Below are positions 21,828 to 33,208 of a DNA stretch of 34,169 nucleotides, piece by piece (position 1 is the first letter of the stretch; each line of letters begins with the position of its first letter). The notes under the pieces were generated by a model that was not told where the DNA came from, ran no database searches, and saw only the letters and a program-made list of their open reading frames with translations. The translations under genes were made by a program, and so were the position numbers. Source of the stretch: Parasitella parasitica NRRL 2501 (lineage: Eukaryota > Fungi > Mucoromycota). The stretch spans positions 1-34,169 of the forward strand of contig MU619432.1 of NCBI GenBank assembly GCA_025201805.1, given 5' to 3'.

Positions 21828-22919
21828 ATGTCATTCAATTTAAACTTGAATAAAAATTTGGGATCCATTGGACAAAATGCTACCTTTGAAGTTTACGACA
21901 TTCGATCTACCTCGTTCAAATGTTCTACGCCATTAATTAAAGCACACAAGGGAGAGACATATTGCCAACATCGCCTTGTTCTCGTTGCCACAGCAACTGA
22001 GGGGTTACTCACTGGTTTAGAAACCTACGAATATGTGCTTTCACCACCACCCAATTCAGATAAAAAGCCTCAGATAATCATCTACATTTCCAAAGTTGAC
22101 ACATCATCTAGCTGGAAAATATATAGCGGCTTAACTGCGCGTATTGTCCAGTCTTATATCTCAAGTTTGCCGAAACTGTCTCGTGTTTTCGTATTTGCTA
22201 GAGCTCAACCCCAATACCTCTTTGCTAAATCAGCTGAAAACAAGACAAAAACAGTGCTGAATGATCGCCAACTTGTATCGTGGTGGCTTACTGTGCTTAA
22301 CAAAGTGTCTGTACACTGCGAAGGTTGGTGGTCCGTGCCAGGCATTGATGACAGTAATAGCGCATTGATTGAAATTGGGGCTAAAAAGAGAAGGTGGACG
22401 CCATCTGAGAAAGTCAAGTGGAGATATGGATTGTCATATGACCAGGACGCACTTGCTGAACAAGTGATTTTACGATTTGAAGACGATGCAAAAGCACGCT
22501 TGCTGAAAACCACCAACGACCCCGAATTGAGTGTGAACGATTTTTGGCAGATTTTGTCCTTTGGAGAAGAATGTGGGTCAGGAAAAATAACAGGGTTTTT
22601 TGAATTAAGGCTTTTGGATGAGACGCTGGCCACTAACAGCAATGAAACAGATCATGCATCCTACGAAACCAAAGATTTTACATCATTTTGGAATAAGTTC
22701 ATGTCACTTGATTTCCATAGCAACGAGGCCAATATAACTTCCACCAGATTGACCAAGCAATACATCAACGACATATTTCCCAGTCTGCAGCCAATCAAGA
22801 TCAATGCAAAAGAACCAAACGGAACAAACATCCATGCAAATGACGATACCAGCGCGGCGAAAAAAAGACCTGCTGTAAACATGCTTTCAGGTGGTTTCAT
22901 CAAGCGTAAAAAGACTTGA
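21828..22919 (+). CDS. RTT109: Histone H3K56 acetyltransferase Rtt109 (KAT11)
   Basis: Motifs IYISKVDTS, VFARAQPQYLFAKSAEN..K.VL..RQLVSWW and RFEDDAKARL (DD-x-K catalytic/autoacetylation segment), plus a basic C-terminus IKRKKT. Likely ATG at 21828. Confidence 0.92.
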   Translation: MSFNLNLNKNLGSIGQNATFEVYDIRSTSFKCSTPLIKAHKGETYCQHRLVLVATATEGLLTGLETYEYVLSPPPNSDKKPQIIIYISKVDTSSSWKIYSGLTARIVQSYISSLPKLSRVFVFARAQPQYLFAKSAENKTKTVLNDRQLVSWWLTVLNKVSVHCEGWWSVPGIDDSNSALIEIGAKKRRWTPSEKVKWRYGLSYDQDALAEQVILRFEDDAKARLLKTTNDPELSVNDFWQILSFGEECGSGKITGFFELRLLDETLATNSNETDHASYETKDFTSFWNKFMSLDFHSNEANITSTRLTKQYINDIFPSLQPIKINAKEPNGTNIHANDDTSAAKKRPAVNMLSGGFIKRKKT

Positions 22920-23071
22920 TTTGTTAAATTTTACTTTAAGTCTCCATATTCTTGTTATGGTGATAAATAAACTGGTCCAATGAGGAATGTGAGACGCAAG
23001 GCGTATTTCATGCTTTCATTTGACATAACCCTTCTCTCTTTTTCCCTCTTTTGGTTTTCTTGCTTGTCATC

Positions 23072-24295
23072 ATGTCTGATTTCAATAACAACAATAATTC
23101 GGCAATTAATGCCAACACAGCAAAAAACAGGAAAAAGAAAGCCAAAAAGAAGGCAAAGAAGCAGAATACCACAGACTCATCCAACACTCCATCAGAGTTC
23201 AGCACTCCTAATTTGACAGACAAGGAAAACATTGAGCCATCCGCATTGAATGGCCAAACTTCTCAAATAGCTGCTGTTCCCACTCAAGATGCAGCCACAA
23301 GTAGCGATAGCACAGCCATTATAACGGACACTCAAACAACTCCTGCTGACACTAGCGCATTGAGTGGTGAAGCCTCGATGCTTGCATCATCACTGCCTGC
23401 CAAACCAATTGTGGGAAACGCCACTGTTGGCAATGGCGATACAGCCATAATTACTGATGTGCAAACTACTGCTGCCGATACTCCAACCTTGACTGGAGAA
23501 GGCTCTACTCTGGCATCATCATTGCCTGCAAAACCAATTGATGAATCTCATGGAGCTGCTGCCGTTGCAGGTGCTGCAAGTGCTGCTGCTGTAGGTGCTG
23601 GTGTCGCCGCTACAGCTGCCGGATCTTCCTCGCTCCCTGAACCACTTCCCTTATCTGAAAATGTCAAATTTGCAATTAAATCTGCAATTGCTTCCAGGTC
23701 CATTGATTTGTATGGTATTGTTGATAAAATCAAAAGCAATGCGGCTGCTGGTGACTACAAAGAGAAGGCCAAGCTGCCTTCTAATAATACAGATGCTGCT
23801 ATCAATCCCATGGCTGCTGCTGGCACGCCAAATAATGCACCCGCAGCGGTTACAACCAACAACAATAATGATTCGATCAAAAATCTCGTCAAGAAGGCGG
23901 GTGCTGGCGTTGGAGCTGCTGTTGCTGGTGGCACAACAGCATTAGCAGTCGGAAATAAATCAGATGGCACCAACACTACTGGTAATACAATCACTAATAA
24001 AGCAGCAGCACCACCACCACCGCAGTCTGGATCAACAACATCTGAAATTGCTAAATTAAGTGAAAGTGTCCAAAGCTGCATCCGATCTGCAGTTCAAGCG
24101 CCTTCTGTTGACGTCTATGGCATCATTAACCCGTCGCAACAGGTGAAGCGTCCTGAAGCAGCAGTTGGCTCATCCACTCAACCCACTATGCCTTCCTCTG
24201 CCAAAGCACCAGATGTCCCAAAGAAGACCGTCAAGTCACCAGATCATCGCAATAAGCCATCTTTTCTCAAAAAGAAGAATTGCATCATCTTGTAA
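23072..24295 (+). CDS. Ala/Thr/Ser-rich low-complexity protein with internal repeats and C-terminal polybasic CaaX box (KKKNCIIL)
   Basis: 407-aa ORF from the ATG at 23072 with a KNRKKKAKKKAKK basic tract, two repeat types and a terminal CIIL. Confidence 0.85.
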   Translation: MSDFNNNNNSAINANTAKNRKKKAKKKAKKQNTTDSSNTPSEFSTPNLTDKENIEPSALNGQTSQIAAVPTQDAATSSDSTAIITDTQTTPADTSALSGEASMLASSLPAKPIVGNATVGNGDTAIITDVQTTAADTPTLTGEGSTLASSLPAKPIDESHGAAAVAGAASAAAVGAGVAATAAGSSSLPEPLPLSENVKFAIKSAIASRSIDLYGIVDKIKSNAAAGDYKEKAKLPSNNTDAAINPMAAAGTPNNAPAAVTTNNNNDSIKNLVKKAGAGVGAAVAGGTTALAVGNKSDGTNTTGNTITNKAAAPPPPQSGSTTSEIAKLSESVQSCIRSAVQAPSVDVYGIINPSQQVKRPEAAVGSSTQPTMPSSAKAPDVPKKTVKSPDHRNKPSFLKKKNCIIL

Positions 24296-24719
24296 AATCT
24301 TTCTTTCCTTGCCTAACTTTTCGTACAATTAATAACTCGCTTTTTGCACATAACGATACATACATACTAATAAAAATTATTTTGAATAAAACTATATTTG
24401 CAGTGTTCATATTTCCCGGAGATGTACAACAGCGCACCGCCCTAAAGCTCCATTTCATTCAAAATCAACTGATGTAGTGGCACTGAGATTGACAAGCCCA
24501 ATTAAGAAATCAGAAAATGAAATGGGGGTGTCACAACAAAATACAATATAATTTTTTTTTTCTTGCTATATAAATTTCGATTATTATATAAAACAATACA
24601 TAATTGCATTGACGCATTTTAGAGAAAATGTTAGATGACCAATATCTCATAAAAGATGATTGAAAAAGTATAAATAGTAAAATATCACTCACTTTCGTTC
24701 CTTTCAGCTTCTATATAAA

Positions 24720-25188
24720 ATGAGCAACATCTGGCAAGATCCATTTGGATTGAATTTATTTAAGGTAAATGATGTAAAATAGCCATAAACCCTGCATTGA
24801 GGTTGACTTTTACTATTTGATTTTGAAGTCAACTAAAACCAAGAAATGTCCATCTTCTGTGCCTGATCAGCCCAAAACACATTACCACCCAATGCCCTGT
24901 CCTCGAATGCCAGCAATGCAGCAGTTGATCTACAGTGAAGTTATTTACACCCAAATTACATCTCCTACAATCTGCTACCAGGTACAGCCATCTCAATCTG
25001 CTACAAACTGTCATTGCAATCACAGTAAGTCCAAGAAAACAAAGACAAAAAAGCCCATAATCGATGGAAAGAAAAAAAAGGAGCTAGAAGCACAAAAGAA
25101 GAAGGAAAAAGAAAGGGCAGACAGAGATAGTGTGGTTCCTACCTTTTCAAACCCAAGAAAACCTCGTAAAGGGGTCTTTGAGCGATAA
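24720..25188 (+). CDS. Small Lys-rich hypothetical protein, 2 exons
   Basis: Exon 24720-24764 (MSNIWQDPFGLNLFK), intron GTAAAT..GAAG, then exon 24829-25188 in frame with the 24817..25188 ORF. Confidence 0.6.
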
Positions 25189-25386
25189 TTTTTTTGAAAT
25201 CCATTTAAATAGCATAGACTTTATAATAATTCAAGTTAAAGCAACAGACTGCGATCCTTCTATCGCTTCATCGCATATATATGGTTACTATAATATTTTT
25301 CTATTAATGCTGCATATGATATGTATTTATAGCCTTCTTGTCAAATTTTCAATATAAACAAAAGCTTTTGGCTCAGTACGTTGTGG

Positions 25387-27928
25387 GGATCCCCTTATTT
25401 TCTGTCGTCGGATAAATGTTTGAAGAGGGTGTGGCTTCGAGTGGCTTTTAAGTGTCATTTATAAATATTTGACGATCTTCAACCAGAATAATATAAGATA
25501 ATAACTCTAATCATGTCTGAAACTCCACCTATCGTATATAGTGTAGCTAATATCAAAAATGCGTTGAGCATAATGCCATCGAATCAATCAAGGAAACTAC
25601 CATTGGATGTAGTAATTTATGTTAAGACCTCAGTATGGGAAGCATGTCTATTAAAGATAAACGAATACTGCGGTACCAAATGGACAAAACTAAGAAAATG
25701 GAAAAGTAGTGACAAAGTCGTATTTGGAGAAACAAGACAATGCCATCGAAGTGGAGCATACGAATCCAAGCGATCTGTACGTATTGGTCAAAAAGATAGT
25801 AAGCGCTGTGGGTGTGCAGCCCAATTGAGTATTGCTAGCTATCATGCAAATGTGCCAAGTCATTTAGGATCAGATGTTGTAGAGTTCAAACTTTTGAAAG
25901 ATCACACAAATCACACTCCTGGTGATTTAAATGAACTGGGCACGTTGCCAATTAACAGCACGGCTATTGACACTATCAAGTACCATTTGGCTTTAGGAAA
26001 CAAATGCAGAAGTATAAGAACTGCAACCCTAAAAACTTTGGATACATTGAAAGAAGAAAACAAAGGATCTCGACGTCCTAGTTATGATGATGTTTACAAT
26101 TTAATGAAGAAGGTATTGATATACAATCCGTGCTATTGAACAATAATGAAAAAATTAAACTTTATAATTAGATGAAAGATTACTTGTACAGATATCGAGA
26201 AAACGATATTGAATCATTTTTATTTTGGTTGAATGATAAGTTAGCTTCTCAGGGATATAAAATTTTTGCTGGCAACCCACAATTATATTCACAAGACACA
26301 AGTTTGTTTGCTTATGGTTTCCAATCCCAAATTCAATCAAGAAAAATGGAACAGCATCAATCATTTTGTCTAGACGCTACCCATGGCATTTCTTCTAGAA
26401 GCATGGAGGTTTTATATACCCTTTTAGTTAAAGATTTATTGACTGGAAAGGGCTATCCTATTGCATATATGGTCACTAATGATCAAAGTGTAGGTCCTAT
26501 AAATCAATGGCTTGTTTATCTACGAGACAATTGTAATTTTGCACCTACTGCAATTACAATTGACTGTAGCTTGGCCGAAGTTAATGCCATCAAAGCAGCT
26601 TTTAGAAACCAAGTTGTTATCCATTATTGTGCCTTCCATGTCTGGCGAGCATGGAAAGATAACCTGGGTGCAAAGCTGTCTTTACCTACGAGCATGTCAA
26701 ACACTGAAGCAACAGAGTACAAGCAGGATCTTTTGAACGACTTGCACTTAATTCTTGCTGAAACGAGGAAAAATTCATTATTTAGAAAAATAGAAAGATT
26801 CAAGCTAAAAATCGAAGAACATGCTGAAGTCTTGGATTATTTTACTCGATACTGGTTCAACAATGAAGAAGTAGTCAAGAGATGGGGAGCACCCTTCGTC
26901 AAAGAAATCCACAAGTCATTTGTAACCAACAACTACATCGAAAGTTGGCATAATCAACTGAAAATCATTTACTTTGAGCGATTGAGAATCAACAGATTAG
27001 ACAGATTGGTCTTTGTCCTGACAAACGATGTTGAATATTACTTCACTGAAGAGTCTAATAGAATATTAGCAAATACTGGACGCATGGGCCCATTACAAAA
27101 TAATATTGCAAGAAAATCTTACATGGCATCGCAAATCTCAAATGAAAGCCTCATTTCAATGATTCGAAACCCTCAAGGCTCTTTCACAAATACTGACAAT
27201 AATAATAATGGTGCATGGAAAATTCAATCGTTCGATCCTAATAAGCCTCGAATTACATATCAAGTACGCGTGATTAATAACGTTATCTGCACATGTCTTT
27301 GTCCAGATTTCAAAAAAACACAAATTGCTTGCAAACATATGTGTCTACTTAAGAGATACACCTCTATGCCTTTGAAGATTGAAGCGGACGTTAGCAATGG
27401 ACTGGAGCTTGAGCAACATACTCGACACGATTCTGAAGAAGAGAACAACAGTAAGTAGTTTTAGAAGTTGCATCTTACAAAATACTTGTAGACTAAAACT
27501 TAATTAGACATTAACGTAGAAGATAACCCAGAAGAAGAGGCCACTATCTTAAGAAATTCTGCTGCTATTGACATGGCTTTGTCACGAATTACTGCCTTAC
27601 ATCATAGTAAGCGTGATGTAGAAAAATTCAAAATGATACCTGGAGTTGACGCAGCAGAGTTGGAAACTTTGAATTCAGCAATCCAAAGTGCACTTGATCA
27701 GATTGAAAGCATTAGAAACAACCATTCTAGTTTCTTTCGTAGACAAAACCGTCAGTGGAACTAAACGTGATAAAAAATTACAAAAACATGAAGAAGTAAA
27801 AGAAAATAAAGAATTTTTTGCTTATTTGGAATAGATGCCTTATGGTTTATGGTTTAACGATGAAGACAAAGTCTTAACAGTCTCGTCCTTTTCAAACATT
27901 TATCCGACGACAGAAAATAAGGGGATCC
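25387..27928 (+). mobile_element. Mutator-like (MULE) DNA transposon, 2542 bp, apparently intact and autonomous
   Basis: Perfect 38-bp TIRs GGATCCCCTTATTTTCTGTCGTCGGATAAATGTTTGAA at 25387-25424 and 27891-27928, flanked by the 8-bp TSD CGTTGTGG at 25379-25386 and 27929-27936. It encloses a transposase gene. Confidence 0.96.
25513..27764 (+). CDS. MULE transposase (~711 aa): FAR1/WRKY-GCM1-like zinc finger, DDE domain, SWIM finger; 3 exons
   Basis: Exons 25513-26112, 26172-27450 and 27508-27764 are in frame. Motifs: QCHRSG..SKRCGC..HTNH, FCLDATHG (D1), ITIDCSLAE (D2), HYCAFH (CxxH), TNNYIESWHNQLK (E) and CTCLCPDF..ACKH (SWIM). Confidence 0.95.
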
Positions 27929-28339
27929 CGTTGTGGCACTATTTTAGTTTTTTTTTTATCACGACTTGACTTGATCAGCAACATCAGAGTCATCCTACAT
28001 ACGTATGTTCACACTGATGCACTCAAAGAATCATGTTGTATATATAAAACATAAATCACGATATACAAGTGTAACAATTAGCATTTGAAAGCACCAATGA
28101 TACTTTCGAATTTCAAGGAAAACTAGGTCAAAGCGACCACCCTACATATCAGACGACATAAATTTTTGTACCGTATAACAATCCAAAATTATGCTTAGCT
28201 GAAAAAAAAAAAGAACAGCATTCAGGGATCATTCAAACATACAAACACTTGAAATTATGTCTCCAGTTTTTAGAAATATGATTTGGTACGTAGTTACTTA
28301 TTGCCTTTAATTAATGCCCTTGGTTTCAATTCATTCCCT

Positions 28340-30560
28340 GGCTTTAAACATGAAATACAGTAAATGAGAGCAAAGCTTTGATGTTATATGTAATACCATT
28401 CTGGGGTCATGTCTTTTGCCACGTGTCATTTGAACTTTGCAAAGAAATGCTACAACAAGCATTAATGTCATCAATGTCTTGCATTGCTCTGGGCCATTCG
28501 AAGCTATCATGAATATTTATATCTAGAACAAGTGTTGACTCATTCAGTGTGAAGTTTCCTACGCCTCAATGACTTTAGCAGAATCTACAAAGAATCAACA
28601 CTCGAACACCAACAGCTGCTGAAATCAAATGATACATTTAAGACGAATATATCTTGTCGAAAATGAATATGCACCACCATAGTAACACAACTTACAGCTC
28701 ATCAAATGTGTTAATGTATTAACCTTTTCTCAGTAATTGCAGATTAAAAAATTATCATCCAATATCAGCATGTCAATAAATTTTTGAGATAAACAGATGT
28801 ACTGACAACACATCAAATACCAATGTAAAAAGAAAGGGCTTGTGTCATACAGTTTTGGCGCAATATGGAATTTGAAACATGAAGTATTTTGTCATTCTCG
28901 CGCAAGCTGTATGCTTCATCGTTTCATGACAAAGCCCGACCTGAAGCAAACGAGATTATTTACAAAAGATCTGTTAGAAACATTGCTCAATGTTCAAGGC
29001 TTGCATAGTTGTCTGTTTTGGTTGAACTTTTGAATACAATCAGAAGTGAAATTGTAACAAAATTCGCTACTATGAGTCATGCACTGAAGTACGTAAAATG
29101 GTCTTTACGTTCTAAAGCTCTCAGATCCGACGGACTTATTACGAGTTCCCTCCTGATTCTGGTTTACTGCAAAAATAAACCTTTGGCTTTATTCAAGTCG
29201 TACTTGATAACCCCCAACGTTATCAGCGAGCCTATAGCTTTCATAACTTGGGATATTATTACATCCAAACAACTTAATCTTTTGTGCATTCAAGGTCTCT
29301 TGTCAGTGTGGAGTGGAAGATCAGGCCGTTGTAAGTGAAACGATGACGTTGCATTTTATGAATTTTCATTTGTTTATATAGAAAAATTTCTTTTTTTAAA
29401 ATCTACTTTCTTTTTTAAGGTAAAGCCAAGTGAGGCGAGTATAGCGAAGTGTATAAATGGTGGCCTTGGAGGAGCCGAAACAAAGGGACTGAGGGCATAC
29501 AGGTTATCATAACAGCTGAGAGCCGCTGACATACCAGCATTGTGGTAATACGCCAGGTGCTTACATCCTGCTAGTTTGGCGATAGGCAAACAGCAAGTCC
29601 AAGGAAACACCAATACGATGGTTGGTAAAACAAAACCTGGTAAAAAACCGAGGCGCCGTGGTGATTTTATTTCACAGCTTGAACACTAACGATATTCTGT
29701 GCCAATGTACACAAGACTTGGTCCTGGCGAACATAATCTACTTTCACAACTATTCTTTGTAAATGAAATTAGCATTACGCCACTTATCAAACTCTTTTGT
29801 ATTCTGCGTAACGACTTTTCTGTTTCGTTACAATGCTGATACGCTCTTATTGATGCTTAATTTAAGAGTTGCTCAAGATATGGTAAGGACAGTACACAAT
29901 GTTCTAAGCGTGCTTTTGCATGTTATGGAGATTGCAATCCGAACTTGTGTCGGCAATTGGATGTACTTTCAATTCTTCAGAAGGTAACTGTAATGACGAA
30001 CTTGTTCTCTATTATTTGATTTGGTTAACCTTCTTTATCATAGGAAATCTTATTTGTCATCGGGCTTGATTGATTATTGTATACGCTTTTCATATTACTC
30101 GATGTGATCCTGCCCTCTTTGCCTAGTACCTTCTATACCTGCTATATAGTTGGTGCTCTTCATTTAGAAGTTTTCTGAGGAGTGTACAATATTCTAGCCA
30201 TGCCTCTTGCATAAGTGTATATGTATTGGCATGTTGATGGAGATAGCAATCTGAATTTGTGTCAATATGAAAAGATTATAATCATTTCAAGCATCATTTT
30301 ACCCTGAAGATTCGGCTGATATCAATTGAATAAATCGTTTCGTCAATAGCTCATATATACTCGATTTACTTTTATTCTGGTTGAATACGGATTACTTGGG
30401 AAGTAATGGAAATAGTTGATAGTATTATGGTGCATGGTGGCTTTCTTTTAGCTGATGCATCAATAGATCCTCCGGATATTGATGTATCGCTTGCATATTG
30501 ATGCAACAACAAATCCATCGTCAATCCCATTTGATTATTCAAGTAAAAAAACGATAAAGG
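28340..30560 (-). pseudogene. Heavily decayed coding relics (unidentified, probably TE-derived), interrupted by a GC-rich insert at ~29.4-29.7 kb
   Basis: Protein-like minus-strand stretches broken by stops and frameshifts, e.g. DCYLHQHANTYTLMQEAWLEYCTLLRKLLNEE (~30.2 kb) and GNFTLNESTLVLDINIHDSFEWPRAMQDIDDINAC (~28.5 kb), with residual GT..AG introns. Confidence 0.3.
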
Positions 30561-30919
30561 CAGTGGAGCTCCACTTTATGCTACATTTTACATGTCTTTA
30601 CATGATGTCCAGTTCAATCCATCGTTACTTTTATATAAATTAATGTGACAGTATCATGTAGCATCAAAACGAAAAGCGTAAAGAAAAGACAGAGGATCAT
30701 TTACTTGATAATAATAAATATACTGATAATTATAACAATAATATTGGAATCTTGGCGGCCGCTAGAAATCTTGAAAACTATAGCAATACAACGTCAAATT
30801 TGTATTTCATTTTGGGAGAACTCGAATCGTAATTATATAGTTTCCACTCAGGAAGTGCTCAAGTTACGTTGGTCAAAGCAAAGAGATCCCATCCCTTGCG
30901 TACCGTACAATTTCCCTTG

Positions 30920-32340
30920 GGACCCTTGCTGCGCTCAAGTCGTGTCTCTGTCTGGCCGAAACCAAGACGGGTACTGGCTTCCTCGTCTTACTGAGTTGAA
31001 CATCAAGAAGGTGTGGCGATCCCGTTGATCCTAATCCGGTTACTCATCTTGGCTATTCACTGCTCCAAATTGCGATCCAACGTGACATCTTCTATGTCAA
31101 CACCAATTTCAGCCAAGGCTGGGAAGTTGTCACAGCCAAGAAATGTGGCACTCAACCCCACCATCCAACAACAGGCGTTGAATTATCGCTGGATTGATCC
31201 CCACTTGTTCTCTCGTCATCAGTACTTTTCACCTTCATCGCTGCCCGTATTCGTAATAAATTGGATGGCCCATATCTTCCTTTGCTGCTCCTCTTTCCGA
31301 ATGCTCGTCGGTCGCTTGCTAAGTTTCCTTTGTCCACTATATCCATGCTACTGCGTTCTGTGGACCGTATTCCTTGTAATTTTTTGTCTGTCAATGCTAA
31401 TACTCTTTATTGCTTGCTGCTTCCGATCTTTTCGACGATCATCTCTGATTATAGGTTAAATCGGGCCAAGGTCTCTGATCTGTTCAAGTTCTGCCCATCT
31501 GGCCATTTCTTGCTGCCCAAAACACCGCCAGAATTAGCTTCTGTTTTCAGCACATTGCTGCCCGATTTGCCAAGAACATTCGGAGAGGGCGCGCTACATT
31601 TGAACCCTTCTTTGTGCGTTACCTCCATCCCTTTGCTTTTGATCTTCATGATTTAGCGGGTCGTGCCTCTGTCCAATCCTCGCTGCATTTTCCCGCTTTC
31701 ACGTCGACATTGGGTGTTTCTTCCCCTTTTGTGCAAATCAAAGAGCCCAAACAGCAGATGAAACATTTTCGTAAGTTGCTCATTGATGCATCATGTCACA
31801 ACACTAGCTCTTCCTTGGTCCCCCTCGACAGCTCCTGGTATCGTTTTTGGGCATTAAACCTGACATTTGTGCAACGGAATGTGACATACCGGTGGTTACA
31901 TGGTAAGGCCAGCACGCGAGCCCGCTATCACTTAACAGTTTTCTGCTATTCCAGCCATCTTACCTCTTCTGCCTGGGCAGCAATGAGACCGTTTACAATC
32001 TCTTCTTCGATTGCTCTCGCAAATTACTTTTTAGTCCAGGTTTACCGAAGAATTTCTTTGGCCTGGCACTGCTATCTCCGAAATACAATCCGCCCTTACA
32101 ATCCAAGATAATTGTTGGGCCACTATAACCGTCATTACCATTTCCGAGTCGTGCAAGCCCCACAAGGACAGCATTTTCAACCCTTCAGTGTCATTACTTG
32201 GACCACCACTGCTCTTCGAAAACGCTATGCTGAGGACCATTTTTCAGAGCATGAGTAGCGTGAGTATTTGATATTGTTCTTTCTTTTTTTCATGTAGTAG
32301 TTTGCTATGTACTTTATTTATTTTTCTTCAAAAAATAGCA
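30920..32340 (+). mobile_element. 5'-truncated, frameshifted L1/Tx1-like LINE remnant (end of RT, zf-RVT region)
   Basis: Frameshifted segments AQVVSLSG..W, PVTHLGYS (RT motif 7-like), LNPTIQQQALNYRWI, SWYRFWALNLTFVQRNVTYRWLHGK and ETVYNLFFDCSRK. Composition is C-rich, and a T-rich 3' region ends in a short A run. Confidence 0.8.
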
Positions 32341-32884
32341 GTTATCAATAGAGCGATTTATAAATCTTCAGAGAAGGAAATTTGGATCTTCAACAAATAA
32401 ACCGGCTGAATCTCTTTTTTCACTCAAGTGACGAATCATTGGATTTACAATGTCTTTCAAATTGATGGCATTATATGGATTGCTTACACCGAGGGTAATG
32501 GATGCGTTAACAAGGCCATGTTCATTGCACAATTGATCTACCACGATTTCAACATCCTTCAAACAAGCCTATACATTCATCAAGGATAGAATTCACAATA
32601 CAGTATAAGTTACAGAGAACGAAAACATAGTAGAAAAACAAATCGACTCTTACCTGTACAGAGGCTATAAACTTTAATAAATTTGATATAGCTTCTGTTT
32701 TGAATTTAAAGGCGTTTGTCAATATGCACACAGATAATCCCTGAAAATAGAAGACATTATGAGAAAAGCTCATACACAATAGTTGTGCCAATAAGGATGG
32801 CAAAACGTGCTATCTAGCTAACTCCAGGAGTGGGACAATTTGAATTGTTCTTTTTAGTAAACCCCAACTAGTACTAGTAGTGCC

Positions 32885-33204
32885 CATCTACTTACGTGTA
32901 TTTACACCTGTCTCCAGGGAAAAGCCTACCTTCATTTCCCTGTAGTTTTTTCCGGCTGGCAGACAGAACACGAGCGGTAGATCTTTCCCTAAACCCTATA
33001 ATGTTCGAAAAATGTGAGCATAAGGTTACTCGGATGGTAGGGCAGAGCCTTTCACCCGATGTTTGTGTTGGACAAACACTGCTTCACATTATTTCAAGGG
33101 TTAGCTTTACAAGGGAGCCGACTCCGAGTAACCAGGTTGGATCTGTACACATGCATAGCCGGTCCTTTAGTCACGTTCTTGTAGATGTTTTCAGGTGTTG
33201 GTAA
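32885..33204 (+). ncRNA. Candidate ~310-nt structured, pseudoknotted non-coding element (unclassified)
   Basis: At least seven complementary segment pairs, including a perfect 11-bp GGTTACTCGGA/TCCGAGTAACC, in a GC-rich island followed by (GAAAAA)7. The strand is uncertain. Confidence 0.45.
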
Positions 33205-33208
33205 AGAA

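Noticed and set aside
25379-25386. MULE TSD contains TTGTGG, a Rhizopus-type telomere unit
   Set aside because: A single hexamer is expected by chance.
28828-28940. AAAGGGCTTGTGTC resembles the 5' end of U11 snRNA and lies in an imperfect hairpin
   Set aside because: No Sm site or 3' stem-loop at the expected position, and it lies within decayed coding relics.
28340-29340. KDZ (Kyakuja-Dileera-Zisupton) transposase assignment from GNFTL..C..H spacing
   Set aside because: The catalytic Asp is absent and the motifs are too eroded to support a family call.
29585-29642. Hairpin-ribozyme-like words (AAACAG..AAGTC..GGAAACAC..CCTGG)
   Set aside because: The loop B 3' strand and the loop A/substrate strand do not match.
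32368-32803. Short minus-strand ORFs with an intron-like break
   Set aside because: Frameshifted with no recognisable motif; may be another relic but cannot be named.
32865-32910. Minus-strand GGGCACTACTAGT resembling a Helitron 3' end
   Set aside because: The nearest hairpin is weak and about 20 nt away, and no 5' end or RepHel remnant was identified.
697-33204. Many short ORF-track entries antisense to or overlapping real genes (e.g. 7982..8392, 13023..13427, 22205..22642, 9653..10061) and upstream TTG/GTG/ATG extensions (17329, 19315, 21747, 23051, 6924)
   Set aside because: These are shadow ORFs or runs through T-rich promoter/UTR DNA, with no motifs and better-supported alternative models.
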